Source of the DNA: an uncultured Desulfosarcina sp.
GTDB lineage: Bacteria > Desulfobacterota > Desulfobacteria > Desulfobacterales > Desulfosarcinaceae
Length of the DNA: 64,000 bases
Direction: 5' to 3'
NCBI GenBank assembly: GCA_963674945.2
Contig: CAXXWQ010000004.1
Location: 3,136,001 to 3,200,000 of the forward strand
The notes below the pieces were generated by a model that was given only the letters and a program-made list of their open reading frames with translations, made no database searches and was not told the DNA's origin. Position numbers and translations under genes: made by a program. Shown one piece after another: positions 1-8,691 of this stretch (the stretch's first letter is position 1; every line of letters begins with the position of its first letter).

Positions 1-227
1 CGGGCACTTTCCAAAAAATCTTGTTCAGACAATGATACCTCCGCATTTCAGTATGATTTCATAATAGACGCCAAGGCGAATTTTTTGTCAAATAAAATAT
101 TTGTTTTTCTAATTAATAGTTTTTCGAATGATATAGATTGCCTCTTTAACCTTAAAGTAAGTTTTTCCGGGGCCGATATTGATGGTAACATGATAATTTC
201 GCCAAACAGGCGTCTTGAACGGAAATA

Positions 228-995
228 ATGACTATGGCCTTGAGCAAGAAAGCGCCGCGAACCCTGTGTGTGACCAGCGGCAAAGGTGGTGTCGGCAAAA
301 CCAGTTTCACGGTAAATTTTGCCATCGCCTTGACGCGAACCAACAAGCGTGTGCTGGTAATTGACGGTGACATGGGGCTGGCAAACGTGGATGTGTTGCT
401 CCGGTTGTCCGTGAAAAACAACATCCGGGATATTTTAGAAAGCGGTGCTTCACCCCAGCAAGCGTTGATTCATGCACGGCCCAACCTGGCCATCCTGCCG
501 GGCAGTTCGGGGGTTCCGGAGATGGTTTCATTGGGAAAGGAGCGACAAAAACGACTGTCAAAGTACATCCGTGCGGTCTCCGAAGGGTTCGACTATGTTC
601 TCATCGACACGGCGGCAGGCATCGGATCTTCGGTGGTCTGGTATAATCGATTCTGCGATCACAATATTTTTATTTTGAGTCCTGACCCCACATCCATGAC
701 GGATGCCTATGCACTGATCAAGTTGTTATCGAGGGATCACGACATTCATCGATTCAATCTGGTCCTCAACTTCGTTCGAGATGCACAAGAAGGCGATCAT
801 ACCATCGAAACATTAAAGCGGGTAACCCAACGTTTTCTCAATTTAGAATTATCACATCTTGCCAGTATCCCCGATGACAAAACGGTCCGAAGGGCCGTCC
901 TCGACCAGGTTCCCTTCATCGAGCAGGCGCCGGGAAGCAAGCCGGCCCGCATCATCGATCAACTGGCAAGACAGATCCACAATAAAATGATTTGA
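228..995 (+). CDS. MinD/FlhG(FleN)-family ATPase
   Basis: Deviant Walker A TSGKGGVGKT, IDGDMGLANVDVLL, DTAAGI and PDPTSMTDAYALIK are typical of FlhG/FleN. No flhF or other flagellar gene follows. Confidence 0.85.
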   Translation: MTMALSKKAPRTLCVTSGKGGVGKTSFTVNFAIALTRTNKRVLVIDGDMGLANVDVLLRLSVKNNIRDILESGASPQQALIHARPNLAILPGSSGVPEMVSLGKERQKRLSKYIRAVSEGFDYVLIDTAAGIGSSVVWYNRFCDHNIFILSPDPTSMTDAYALIKLLSRDHDIHRFNLVLNFVRDAQEGDHTIETLKRVTQRFLNLELSHLASIPDDKTVRRAVLDQVPFIEQAPGSKPARIIDQLARQIHNKMI

Positions 996-1933
996 TGAAT
1001 TTTTTCCTCCTGAATCCCCGTCTGTTTCGTCTTTGCAACCGTTTTTCCGCCGGCATTTCGGTGGCGCTTTGCATTGCACGTTCCACCAATGCCTGGGGTG
1101 GTGATGGTCACATTCACGCCAATGCCTTTTGGGTGCTGGTATGGATCATCGTGCTGGTCGTGGTGGTGTTTGTCGGCTATCTGCAGCAAAATCGAATGGT
1201 ACGACGTAAAACGGCGGAACTGAAGCAGGAGCTGTTCGAACGCCAGATGGCGGAAAAGGAACTGCAGGCGATCGAACGAAGTCTCCGCCAATCGCTGGCG
1301 GAGAAGGAATCTTTGCTCAAAGAGATCCATCACCGCGTGAAGAACAACCTGCAGATCGTTTCCAGCCTGCTCTACCTTCAGGAAGAGTACATGACAGATG
1401 CCAAGGGGATTGAAATTTTGCGGGAAAGCCAAAATCGGGTGAAGTCCATGGCCTTGATCCACGAGCAGCTTTATGGTACGGCGGATCTCGCTCGAATCGA
1501 TTTTGGCCGGTACATTCAAGGGCTCGCCGCCAATCTTTTCGATGCCTACTGCATCGATCCAAACCGAATCCGACTCAATGTCAGGGCGGATGAAATCGGC
1601 TTGGGCATAGACAAGGCGGTCCCTTGCGGACTGATTATCAACGAGTTGGTTTCAAATGCCCTGAAACATGCTTTCTTGCCGGAAGTCGACGGCACCATTG
1701 ACATCTTTATCCATACACGGAAAAAGGGTCAATTCAACATCGTCGTCGCCGATAACGGCGTCGGCCTCGATCGATCATCCACGGATGCAGAAAAGCAGTC
1801 GTTGGGATTGCGACTCGTCGACACACTAACGGCGCAACTCGACGGAACCCTGACCATCGAAACGGGAAATGGCACTAGGTTCTCGATTATCGTAAACCTT
1901 TCCGAACCAGCAACAAAAGGAACGACGACATGA
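992..1933 (+). CDS. Membrane-anchored histidine kinase, HisKA_2 type
   Basis: H-box KEIHHRVKNNLQIVSSLL, N-box INELVSNALKHAF, G-box DNGVG and one hydrophobic segment FWVLVWIIVLVVVVFVGYL. Overlaps the previous stop codon. Confidence 0.9.
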   Translation: MMNFFLLNPRLFRLCNRFSAGISVALCIARSTNAWGGDGHIHANAFWVLVWIIVLVVVVFVGYLQQNRMVRRKTAELKQELFERQMAEKELQAIERSLRQSLAEKESLLKEIHHRVKNNLQIVSSLLYLQEEYMTDAKGIEILRESQNRVKSMALIHEQLYGTADLARIDFGRYIQGLAANLFDAYCIDPNRIRLNVRADEIGLGIDKAVPCGLIINELVSNALKHAFLPEVDGTIDIFIHTRKKGQFNIVVADNGVGLDRSSTDAEKQSLGLRLVDTLTAQLDGTLTIETGNGTRFSIIVNLSEPATKGTTT

Positions 1934-2598
1934 TGCAGGCAAATATTTTGGTTGTGGAAGATGAGGGTATCGTCGCACAGGAGATCAAAAGCCGTCTGGA
2001 GAAAAGCGGCTACAAGGTCTGCGCCATCGCCCATGACGGCCAGACCGCCATCGACCGCGCCGGTGAATTGCATCCGGATCTGGTGCTCATGGATATCCGC
2101 CTTAAAGGAGAAATGGACGGCATCGAAGCCGCCAGTGTGATCCAGGACCGGTTTCACCTGCCCGTCGTGTATCTTACCGCGTATACCGATCCGGCAACCT
2201 TGGAACGAGCCAAGGTCATGGATCCTTTCGGCTATGTGGTCAAGCCATTTGAGACCCGTAGCCTCATGGTATCCATTGAGATCGCCCTTCACCGGCACCG
2301 CAGCGAAACCGAAAGAATTTATCGGGAAAAGCTCGAGGCGGTACTGGAAACCGCGGGTGCCATCTGCCACGAACTGAACCAGCCAATGATGGCCATTTCC
2401 GGACAGACAGAGCTGCTTTTGGGAACCGTCGAACCCGGTGATTCCGCCCATGAGAGACTCGTTAAAATCAAATCCCAAGTGATGCGAATGGGCACCATTA
2501 CCCAGAAGCTCATGGGGATTACACGATACGAAACCAAGGATTTCGTAAGAGGCGAACGGATTGTGGATCTCGAAAAGTCATCCTTGACTTTGGGGTGA
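1930..2598 (+). CDS. Response regulator: REC domain plus C-terminal His-phosphoacceptor (DHp-like) segment
   Basis: ILVVEDE, DLVLMDI, YLTAY and VKPF receiver motifs. C-terminal AICHELNQP H-box with no HATPase domain. Confidence 0.88.
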   Translation: MMQANILVVEDEGIVAQEIKSRLEKSGYKVCAIAHDGQTAIDRAGELHPDLVLMDIRLKGEMDGIEAASVIQDRFHLPVVYLTAYTDPATLERAKVMDPFGYVVKPFETRSLMVSIEIALHRHRSETERIYREKLEAVLETAGAICHELNQPMMAISGQTELLLGTVEPGDSAHERLVKIKSQVMRMGTITQKLMGITRYETKDFVRGERIVDLEKSSLTLG

Positions 2599-2634
2599 GA
2601 CAGAAAAGGGCATCATTCGATTTCCCAGTGGGTC

Positions 2635-2778
2635 TAAAAAGCTTTTCCAGGCCAAATATGGCCAAACAATCCCATGCAAGAAACTCGTTATTATTTTTTG
2701 CAGATAGACGGAAACGAGGGAAACGCTTTTTATAAAAAAGTCCTTTTTCATTGGAATAATGAACGAGTTTCTTAGAAG
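2635..2778. repeat. Dispersed palindromic repeat, module B (reverse orientation)
   Basis: Reverse complement closely matches 54594-54739 and 42118-42215. Termini are AAAAAGCTTTTCC...GGAAACGCTTTTT. Lies between convergent genes. Confidence 0.9.
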
Positions 2779-2928
2779 AATATACGAAAGAAGAGGGACG
2801 AATAAAAGCAAAAGCATTTCATCCCGCTTCCATCGTCCTTCGTCCCTCGCTCGTCCCATGCGAGCGGTTGATTCCAAGTGCGGACCTCCTTCCGGCAAAA
2901 TATGAAACGATTGCCATCTTCCTTTGCC

Positions 2929-3870
2929 CTATCGACAAGCGGCATCGATACCATTGCCCGCCAGCCATTGTTCGATAAAATGAACCGTTACGCGGATGTC
3001 GGTTCCGCTTTTGTCTGCCAGAGACTGCAATTTGTCCAATTGCTCCGCTATCTCCCGGCGTTCACCAATCAACGCATAGATCTTGATGCTTCGATCCAAG
3101 TGGTCCAGTGCCGCTTTTATATTTCCTTGTTTTTCATAAAGACCGGCAATGGCACAAAGATCATCTGCCACCGCACGAAAACGTCCGGCTTTCCGATCCA
3201 TTGTGAGGGCTTGCTGGAAACAGGGCATGGCTTCGTCCTCGTTGCCCATCATCACCATCAGTCGACCGCGGGTGAAACGAAGGGACGCATCGACACCGCT
3301 TTTCCGGGAGAATGAGTCGGCCTGATCCAAGAGGGAAACCGCCTCTTCGGTTTGCCCGGTTTTCATCGCCAGCACTGCCCGATGGTTCAAGATCCGGATA
3401 CGAATGGTATCCTGTTCCAGAACGATCGACTGCGCCTCATCCAGAACCACCCTAGCGCCGGGAAAATCTTCCATTTCCAGCAATAAGGCCGCCTTGTTTG
3501 CCAATGCCTGGGCCGCCACCGATCGGTCTTCGCAATTTTCGGCTTCAGAGCACTTGGACGTTGAAATGGCGGCATCGTAAAAGAGTATCGCGTTCTTTTG
3601 ATCACCCATAAGGCGATAGGCATTGCCGATTCCATCCATGCTACGGGCCACACCAATTCGGTTGTCCACGAGGCAATAGTACTCGTGGGCCGCGAAAAAG
3701 TGATCCAAGGCTTTTCGCACACATCCTTTTTGGTACCAAGAGACACCCCGTTGCATCTCCCGACCTCCCTTTTCAATTGATTCAGCCGATGCAGACGTTG
3801 CGGGCACCGAGGCACATGAAGATATAAACAGAGAAGCCAATGCCAGAATGAGAACCCAGGTATGTTTCAT
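2929..3870 (-). CDS. TPR-repeat lipoprotein
   Basis: Signal peptide with lipobox-like ISSC. Repeated TPR-like helices (GIGNAYRLMGDQKNAILFY, AGLYEKQGNIKAALDHLDRSIKI). Confidence 0.8.
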   Translation of the reverse strand: MKHTWVLILALASLFISSCASVPATSASAESIEKGGREMQRGVSWYQKGCVRKALDHFFAAHEYYCLVDNRIGVARSMDGIGNAYRLMGDQKNAILFYDAAISTSKCSEAENCEDRSVAAQALANKAALLLEMEDFPGARVVLDEAQSIVLEQDTIRIRILNHRAVLAMKTGQTEEAVSLLDQADSFSRKSGVDASLRFTRGRLMVMMGNEDEAMPCFQQALTMDRKAGRFRAVADDLCAIAGLYEKQGNIKAALDHLDRSIKIYALIGERREIAEQLDKLQSLADKSGTDIRVTVHFIEQWLAGNGIDAACR

Positions 3871-3959
3871 CTTTTCTTTTCCATTTTTTTGTGATTTTCT
3901 GTGTTATGTTATACATAAAATGAAATCGTCGGGTCAAATTCAATCACGAACCGAGATCG

Positions 3960-3989
3960 TTGACATCACTGTTGGGCCTTTGATATTAA
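3960..3989 (+). promoter_or_regulatory. Putative sigma70 promoter of the alaC leader
   Basis: Perfect TTGACA at 3960-3965, followed 16-18 nt later by an AT-rich TGATATTAA -10-like element. Confidence 0.55.
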
Positions 3990-4025
3990 AGGCAACAGAG
4001 AAAATGCATGATGGAGATAAGTGAG

Positions 4026-4079
4026 ATGAACGGCAACATTCATACGTCAGCGGCGGCCGCAACGGACACGGTCCATTGA
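4026..4079 (+). CDS. Putative Ala-rich leader peptide MNGNIHTSAAAATDTVH (17 aa)
   Basis: GGAG at 4013-4016, ATG at 4026, Ala codons GCG GCG GCC GCA at 4050-4061, TGA at 4077-4079. Lies in the 5' leader of an AlaC-type gene. Confidence 0.72.
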   Translation: MNGNIHTSAAAATDTVH

Positions 4080-4156
4080 CGGTCGGCACCAGCATTACAG
4101 ACAGCTGAACAACCGAACATCATTGGGCCGAACCTGCCACCGGCCCTGTTCGCTTC

Positions 4157-4188
4157 AACCCCTGGCCGGTCGGCCGGGGGTTTTTTTT
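4157..4188 (+). terminator. Intrinsic terminator inside the alaC 5' leader (attenuator)
   Basis: Hairpin AACCCCTGGCC-GGTC-GGCCGGGGGTT (11 bp, one G-U pair) running into T8 at 4181-4188, about 48 nt before the start codon. Confidence 0.88.
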
Positions 4189-4235
4189 GGTTACGGGTGG
4201 TGGCGGTGTGGAAAGCCCAAAGAAAAGAGAAAACC

Positions 4236-5441
4236 ATGGACAAAAATTCGAATATCCGTTTCGCGGACCGTATGTCCCAACTTCCACCATACCTTTTTGG
4301 TATGATCAACAAGATGAAAATGGAACGGCGTTGGAACGGAGAAGACGTCATCGATCTGGGCATGGGGAATCCCGTGGATCCGGCGCCGGATACGGTCATC
4401 GGTAAATTGTGTGAAGTGGCCCAGGATCCCAAGACCCATCGTTACCCGGTAGCCGGCGGAATGCGAAATCTGCGACGGGAGATCGCCAGTTACTATGAAC
4501 GAAATTACGGGGTTCCCCTCACATCGGAAGAGGAGGTAATCTGCACCATTGGTTCAAAAGAGGGAATCTCCCATCTGTGTCTCGCTCTGGTGGGACCGGG
4601 CGACACGGTTTTGGTGGCCGCTCCGGCCTTTCCCATTCACGTATATGCCGCCGTCATCGCAGGAGCGAGTGTGATCCGTGTACCCCTTGCATCGGAAGAT
4701 GAATTCTTGCAGCGCATCACCACAATGTGCGAATCATTGACGCCCGGCCCCCGTCTGCTCTTGCTCAACTATCCCCACAACCCGACGGGTACCGTGGCTT
4801 CAAAGGCCTTTTTCGCCCAGATCGTGACCCTGGCAAAACGCTATGGCTTCATGGTCGTCAACGATTTCGCCTATGCCCGTGTCACCTTCGACGGTTATGT
4901 TGCCCCCAGCTTCATGGAGATTCCTGGCGCAAAAGACGTGGGTGTGGAATTTGGTTCATTCTCCAAATCCTACAACATGGCCGGCTGGCGTGTGGGGTAT
5001 TGTGTCGGCAACGCGAAAATCATCGAAGGCTTGGGAAGGATTAAGGGGTACTATGACTACGGCATCTTTTCCCCCATCCAGATTGCCGGTATCGTGGCCA
5101 TGCGTGATTGCGAAGACGACATCGCCAATCAGGTGAAGCTTTACCAGAGTCGGCGGGACGTGATGTGCGAGGGGCTGGAGCGCTTGGGATGGCCGGTGGA
5201 AAGACCAAAGGCCGGTATGTTCGTTTGGGTGAAGATTCCCGAACCCTGGTGCCGCATGGGGTCCGTAAAGTTCGCAATCGAGATGATGGAGCGGGCAAAT
5301 GTGGCGGTCACCCCCGGAGCCGGCTTCGGGGAAGAGGGGGACGGATACCTGCGTCTGGCCCTGGTGGAAAACGAAAACCGCATCCGCCAGGCGCTCCGCC
5401 AGATGCGCCGGGCCATGGCGGACATGGAGCGAACAGGATAA
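4236..5441 (+). CDS. alaC: Class I/II PLP aminotransferase, AlaC (glutamate-pyruvate/alanine aminotransferase) type
   Basis: LPPYLF, DLGMGNP, TIGSKEG, PIHVYAAVIAGA, SFSKSYNMAGWRVG (PLP Lys), KGYYDYGIFSPIQ and ALVENENRIRQA match my recollection of E. coli AlaC better than LL-DAP aminotransferase. ATG 4236 is preferred over the ORF-track start. Confidence 0.8.
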   Translation: MDKNSNIRFADRMSQLPPYLFGMINKMKMERRWNGEDVIDLGMGNPVDPAPDTVIGKLCEVAQDPKTHRYPVAGGMRNLRREIASYYERNYGVPLTSEEEVICTIGSKEGISHLCLALVGPGDTVLVAAPAFPIHVYAAVIAGASVIRVPLASEDEFLQRITTMCESLTPGPRLLLLNYPHNPTGTVASKAFFAQIVTLAKRYGFMVVNDFAYARVTFDGYVAPSFMEIPGAKDVGVEFGSFSKSYNMAGWRVGYCVGNAKIIEGLGRIKGYYDYGIFSPIQIAGIVAMRDCEDDIANQVKLYQSRRDVMCEGLERLGWPVERPKAGMFVWVKIPEPWCRMGSVKFAIEMMERANVAVTPGAGFGEEGDGYLRLALVENENRIRQALRQMRRAMADMERTG

Positions 5442-5482
5442 TTCTATTCGTTACAACACGAATCTCAAAAGTTGAGTCATAA

Positions 5483-5504
5483 GGATATCACCCGGCTGCC
5501 GGAT
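5483..5504. repeat. att-like direct repeat, displaced copy
   Basis: Identical to 7349-7370. With 5477-5482 it reads ..SGSRVISL-stop on the minus strand. Confidence 0.9.
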
Positions 5505-5595
5505 TGCTAGTTGGGACAGATGGGGATGATTTTATGCGTTTTGACATCTACCTAAATAGTATCGCATATTTTCATCCCCGGCCCCTAAAGTCCTC

Positions 5596-5630
5596 AAAAA
5601 AAGGGTTGCGGCTAATAAACGCGACCCTTT
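5596..5630 (-). terminator. Intrinsic terminator downstream of the islet ORFs
   Basis: Minus strand reads AAAGGGTCGCG-loop-CGCAACCCTTT and runs into a T tract. Confidence 0.6.
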
Positions 5631-5738
5631 GATTTCACTTGAAAGCTGAGTGAGATGGATTGAAGCTACGATGGCCTATATATTCTGTCTCTTATAATAG
5701 GCTTCGTCCCCTTATCGCCTTTATAAATACCTCAGGAA

Positions 5739-5912
5739 TTAATCGAGATATTTCAGATGCGCCATTTCTTGTGCCTTCTGTTTTGACTTGGCAAATTCGG
5801 AAAAGTCTTTATCGGTTCTCTGCTCAAGGGATGAACGTACCTCACTAACCTCCTTTTTCGATGTAAGCAGTCCCTTCACCTCTTTCATTTTCACTTTTTT
5901 CAATGAGTTCAT
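5739..5912 (-). CDS. Small 57 aa charged hypothetical protein (not in ORF track)
   Basis: ATG 5912 to TAA 5739 encodes MNSLKKVKMKEVKGLLTSKKEVSEVRSSLEQRTDKDFSEFAKSKQKAQEMAHLKYLD. GAGG lies upstream, and it starts 1 nt after the previous stop. Confidence 0.6.
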   Translation of the reverse strand: MNSLKKVKMKEVKGLLTSKKEVSEVRSSLEQRTDKDFSEFAKSKQKAQEMAHLKYLD

Positions 5913-5913
5913 T

Positions 5914-6246
5914 TCATACCTCGCAGAGATTATTTATGTAACAATAATATGGCGTTATTTGATTTGCGTCAAGGTTGCCAAACCTAAACCGTCCAGGATC
6001 ATCCGTCAAGAAATTTCGGTCGTTAAGCAAAAGGAAGTCCGGATAATGGATCGATAGAAATGCAAATCTGTCATAGTGATTTGCCGTGCTATCGAATAGT
6101 ATCTCGCCGGCAATCTTGCATTCTTTATATAATTCTGGCGTAGAAATTTCACACACCCAGATAAATTTCGGCATCTCCGAAATCGAATTCCAAGGATGCC
6201 TTTTGCCGTATCTTTTCTTCTTGGGTGTCCGTTGTTCCATCGACAT
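5914..6246 (-). pseudogene. Probable 3' fragment of a hypothetical gene
   Basis: Protein-like segment MPKFIWVCEISTPELY..GEILFDSTAN. It has no credible start of its own and overlaps 6149-6634 out of frame. Confidence 0.5.
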
Positions 6247-6634
6247 CAGGGACTTTAGCTCCTTCGTCGGAAACCAGGATCGCTTTTTGTTTTTCCTCTA
6301 ATTTTTTCAGCTCCTGCTCAATGCAGACTTTAAGATAGGACCTGTCGAATTTATCCGAAAGCGCCTTTTCGATCTCGATGAGAATATCGTCTCCTAAAAG
6401 AGATAGCGTGTGTTCATTGGGCCGGATTGAGATGGAGGTGTTATCACCGGTTTTCACATGCTCAAAAAGCGTCTGCGTAAAACCACTGAACAAGGAGAGA
6501 TCGAGAGTCAATTCATCATTTGTCCATCGATAATTAATCAGGGTGCGGAAATTGAATCGGGTTTCTGTAAAGGCAGCGAAATAATTGAGGATGCTTAGAG
6601 TAAGCCTGTTTTTTTCAGAAGGAGTATCAACCAT
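6149..6634 (-). pseudogene. Hypothetical gene, probably 3'-truncated or frameshifted
   Basis: 161 aa ORF with a plausible start whose last codons run out of frame over the next fragment. AT-rich islet context. Confidence 0.5.
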
Positions 6635-6839
6635 TTACTCAACTTTCAGGATTTACCGCCAGGCGATGCAAAACATAAAATATGCTGAAAAAAGAACTGA
6701 GCGATCAAGCTTAGTAAGATAGCTTCATATTAAAAAAATACAACGATATCAAAAGGAAAGGATCGCAAGATTTATAACAGTATTACACTGCAAACTCAAG
6801 CTGGAATCTGTGAGCACAGAAAAATCACAGGTGGCCCCC

Positions 6840-7105
6840 TAAATAGGGAAGGACCTTCCTGCGGGGAGTCGGGGACCAAATATCGTTTGAAAGGATCGGG
6901 TGGCGAGCCTTTTGAAATGCCTCTTGGAAAAAATGAGAAAGAAATCATTGCCCATATCCAGCGGCAGGGCTCAATTACCAATGCCGAATGCCGGGACTTG
7001 TTAGGTGCCAATCTTGACGATATCTCGTACATTCTTAAAAAATGACCGAAAAAGGTGGCAATGAAAAAAATAGGAAAAGGCAGATGGACCCGTTATGAAT
7101 TGTCT
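6840..7105 (+). pseudogene. Frameshifted remnant of a C-terminal winged-helix domain
   Basis: ..EKEIIAHIQRQGSITNAECRDLLG..ISYILKK ends in a stop. MTEKG and KKIGKGRWTRYEL continue in other frames, with the first break in an A run. Confidence 0.6.
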
Positions 7106-7342
7106 GGATGTCTATTTGGAATTCTATTCGTAATTTCCAAATAGAATTACGAATAGAATTTTCATCACTATGGGCAACCTGACTCAAAAAATTAAAACAA
7201 GCGATCCAATCTGAGTGAGCCGGGGAGGTCGCGATTGCGCGTTTCTTCCTTCCGGCTCTCCGATCAGGTTCTTATTTCTACCTTGACGGCTAATCCGCCA
7301 CCATTTTTCGTATTACATAATGCAGGTGCAGAAAAAACGACT

Positions 7343-8158
7343 TTACAGGGATATCACCCGGCTGCCGGATCGTTGATCCGCAACGTGCAGTGTCGTCTGC
7401 GTACCTGTAAGCACCGTCTCCACCGTTTTTCTTGCGATGTCCGGGGTATTGTTCTCTTCGCTCAGGTGAGCGAGGATCACATGGGCCAGGCGGTCGTGGC
7501 GCAGCGTTTCCAGGAGCAAGGCGGCATCTTCATTGGAGAGGTGGCCGCTGCGGCCGCGAATTCGCTGTTTCAAAGGCCACGGATAGGGGCCGTCGACGAG
7601 CATCTGAGGATCGTGATTGGCCTCGAGAATGAGAATATCAGTCTCTTCCAAATGGGTTCTCACCACACCGGTGACGATGCCAAGATCCGTTGCCACTCCC
7701 AATTTCGTGCCGTTTGCGCCGATGGCAAAGCCCGCCGGGTCCGTGGCATCGTGGGAGACAGAGAACGGGTGGATGGACAAGCCACCGATGGAAAAGGCCT
7801 GCCCGCAGGAAAATGGGCATACCCGGGGCAGTTTTCCCAGGGATTTTGCCGATGCCTTCCAGGTTGGATCGTTGACGTGAACCGATAGATTGAATCGTCG
7901 GGCGAGTACTCCCACGCCTTGAATATGATCGGTATGTTCGTGAGAGACGACGATGGCATCCAGATCTTTCGGATCCAATCCCTTCTCGGCCATGCGATGC
8001 TGGATCTGGATTCCTGAAAGCCCTGCATCGATCAAAATGGCCGTGCTGCCGTCACTGACATAGGTGGCATTTCCCCGGCTGCCGCTTGCCAGAACGGCGA
8101 CCGAGATACGCGGCTTGTCCGTGGGGGGATGCGGTTTTTTATTGTTCCGGTGGACCAT
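7343..8158 (-). CDS. MBL-fold metallo-hydrolase (YycJ/WalJ-like)
   Basis: LASGSRGNA, SHEHTDH, SHDA, TDLG, LEANHD, GHLSN and AHLSEENN. Start set at ATG 8158. Confidence 0.9.
   Translation of the reverse strand: MVHRNNKKPHPPTDKPRISVAVLASGSRGNATYVSDGSTAILIDAGLSGIQIQHRMAEKGLDPKDLDAIVVSHEHTDHIQGVGVLARRFNLSVHVNDPTWKASAKSLGKLPRVCPFSCGQAFSIGGLSIHPFSVSHDATDPAGFAIGANGTKLGVATDLGIVTGVVRTHLEETDILILEANHDPQMLVDGPYPWPLKQRIRGRSGHLSNEDAALLLETLRHDRLAHVILAHLSEENNTPDIARKTVETVLTGTQTTLHVADQRSGSRVISL
7349..7370. repeat. att-like direct repeat, copy inside the MBL-hydrolase gene end
   Basis: Identical to 5483-5504. Confidence 0.9.
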
Positions 8159-8159
8159 A

Positions 8160-8624
8160 TCATCGACCCGTGTGGCCGAAACCACCGCTACTCCGGTCAG
8201 TTTCGTCGAGTCGATCCACGACGTTCACCCGGACGCGGTAGACCTGCTGAATGACCATTTGCGCAATACGGTCCCCCCGTTTCAATGTCACGGGTTCCGA
8301 CCCCAGGTTAATCAAAGCGACCTTGACTTCTCCCCTGTAATCGGCATCAATGGTTCCCGGGGAATTAATGATGCCGATGCCGTGTTTTACGGCAAGGCCG
8401 CTGCGTGGCCGAATCTGGGCCTCGTAGCCATCGGGAAGGGCCATGGCGAATCCAGTGGGCACCAGCTGGATGCGGCCGGGCATGATCACCAACGCTGTAT
8501 CGATTGCGGCGCAGATATCCATGCCGGCACTCTGCTCGGTCATGTATCGCGGAAGCGGGATATCATTGTCTTTTTCCGGGCAAAGTCTGCGAAGGGCGAC
8601 AACGGGAGACGGATGTTTCGGCAA
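8160..8624 (-). CDS. dut: dUTP diphosphatase
   Basis: [25 protein letters not shown] and [10 protein letters not shown]. Start approximate (TTG 8624). Confidence 0.95.
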   Translation of the reverse strand: MPKHPSPVVALRRLCPEKDNDIPLPRYMTEQSAGMDICAAIDTALVIMPGRIQLVPTGFAMALPDGYEAQIRPRSGLAVKHGIGIINSPGTIDADYRGEVKVALINLGSEPVTLKRGDRIAQMVIQQVYRVRVNVVDRLDETDRSSGGFGHTGR

Positions 8625-8691
8625 AATGGATACCTGACGTTTGCGTTTACTGCGGTTTGCGATCGGTTGTTCTTTTCTGGTTAGGCGCTGT

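Larger units (their letters stand above)
5477..7370. mobile_element. Decayed integrative islet inserted in the 3' end of the MBL-hydrolase gene
   Basis: Exact 22 bp direct repeat GGATATCACCCGGCTGCCGGAT at 5483-5504 and 7349-7370. The interior is visibly AT-richer and holds gene fragments but no integrase. Confidence 0.75.

Noticed and set aside
2785..2870. Short CGTCC-type repeats and a small hairpin downstream of the TPR gene
   Set aside because: Only 3-4 degenerate units. Could be part of a terminator region and is too weak to call.
4000..4190. T-box or metabolite riboswitch as the explanation for the alaC leader terminator
   Set aside because: No T-box consensus (AAGGTGGTACC-like) or recognisable riboswitch core was seen. 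A translated Ala-rich uORF explains the layout better.
5630..5675. Possible degenerate tRNA 3'-end (att) remnant after the hairpin
   Set aside because: No TTCGA T-loop or acceptor stem can be reconstructed.
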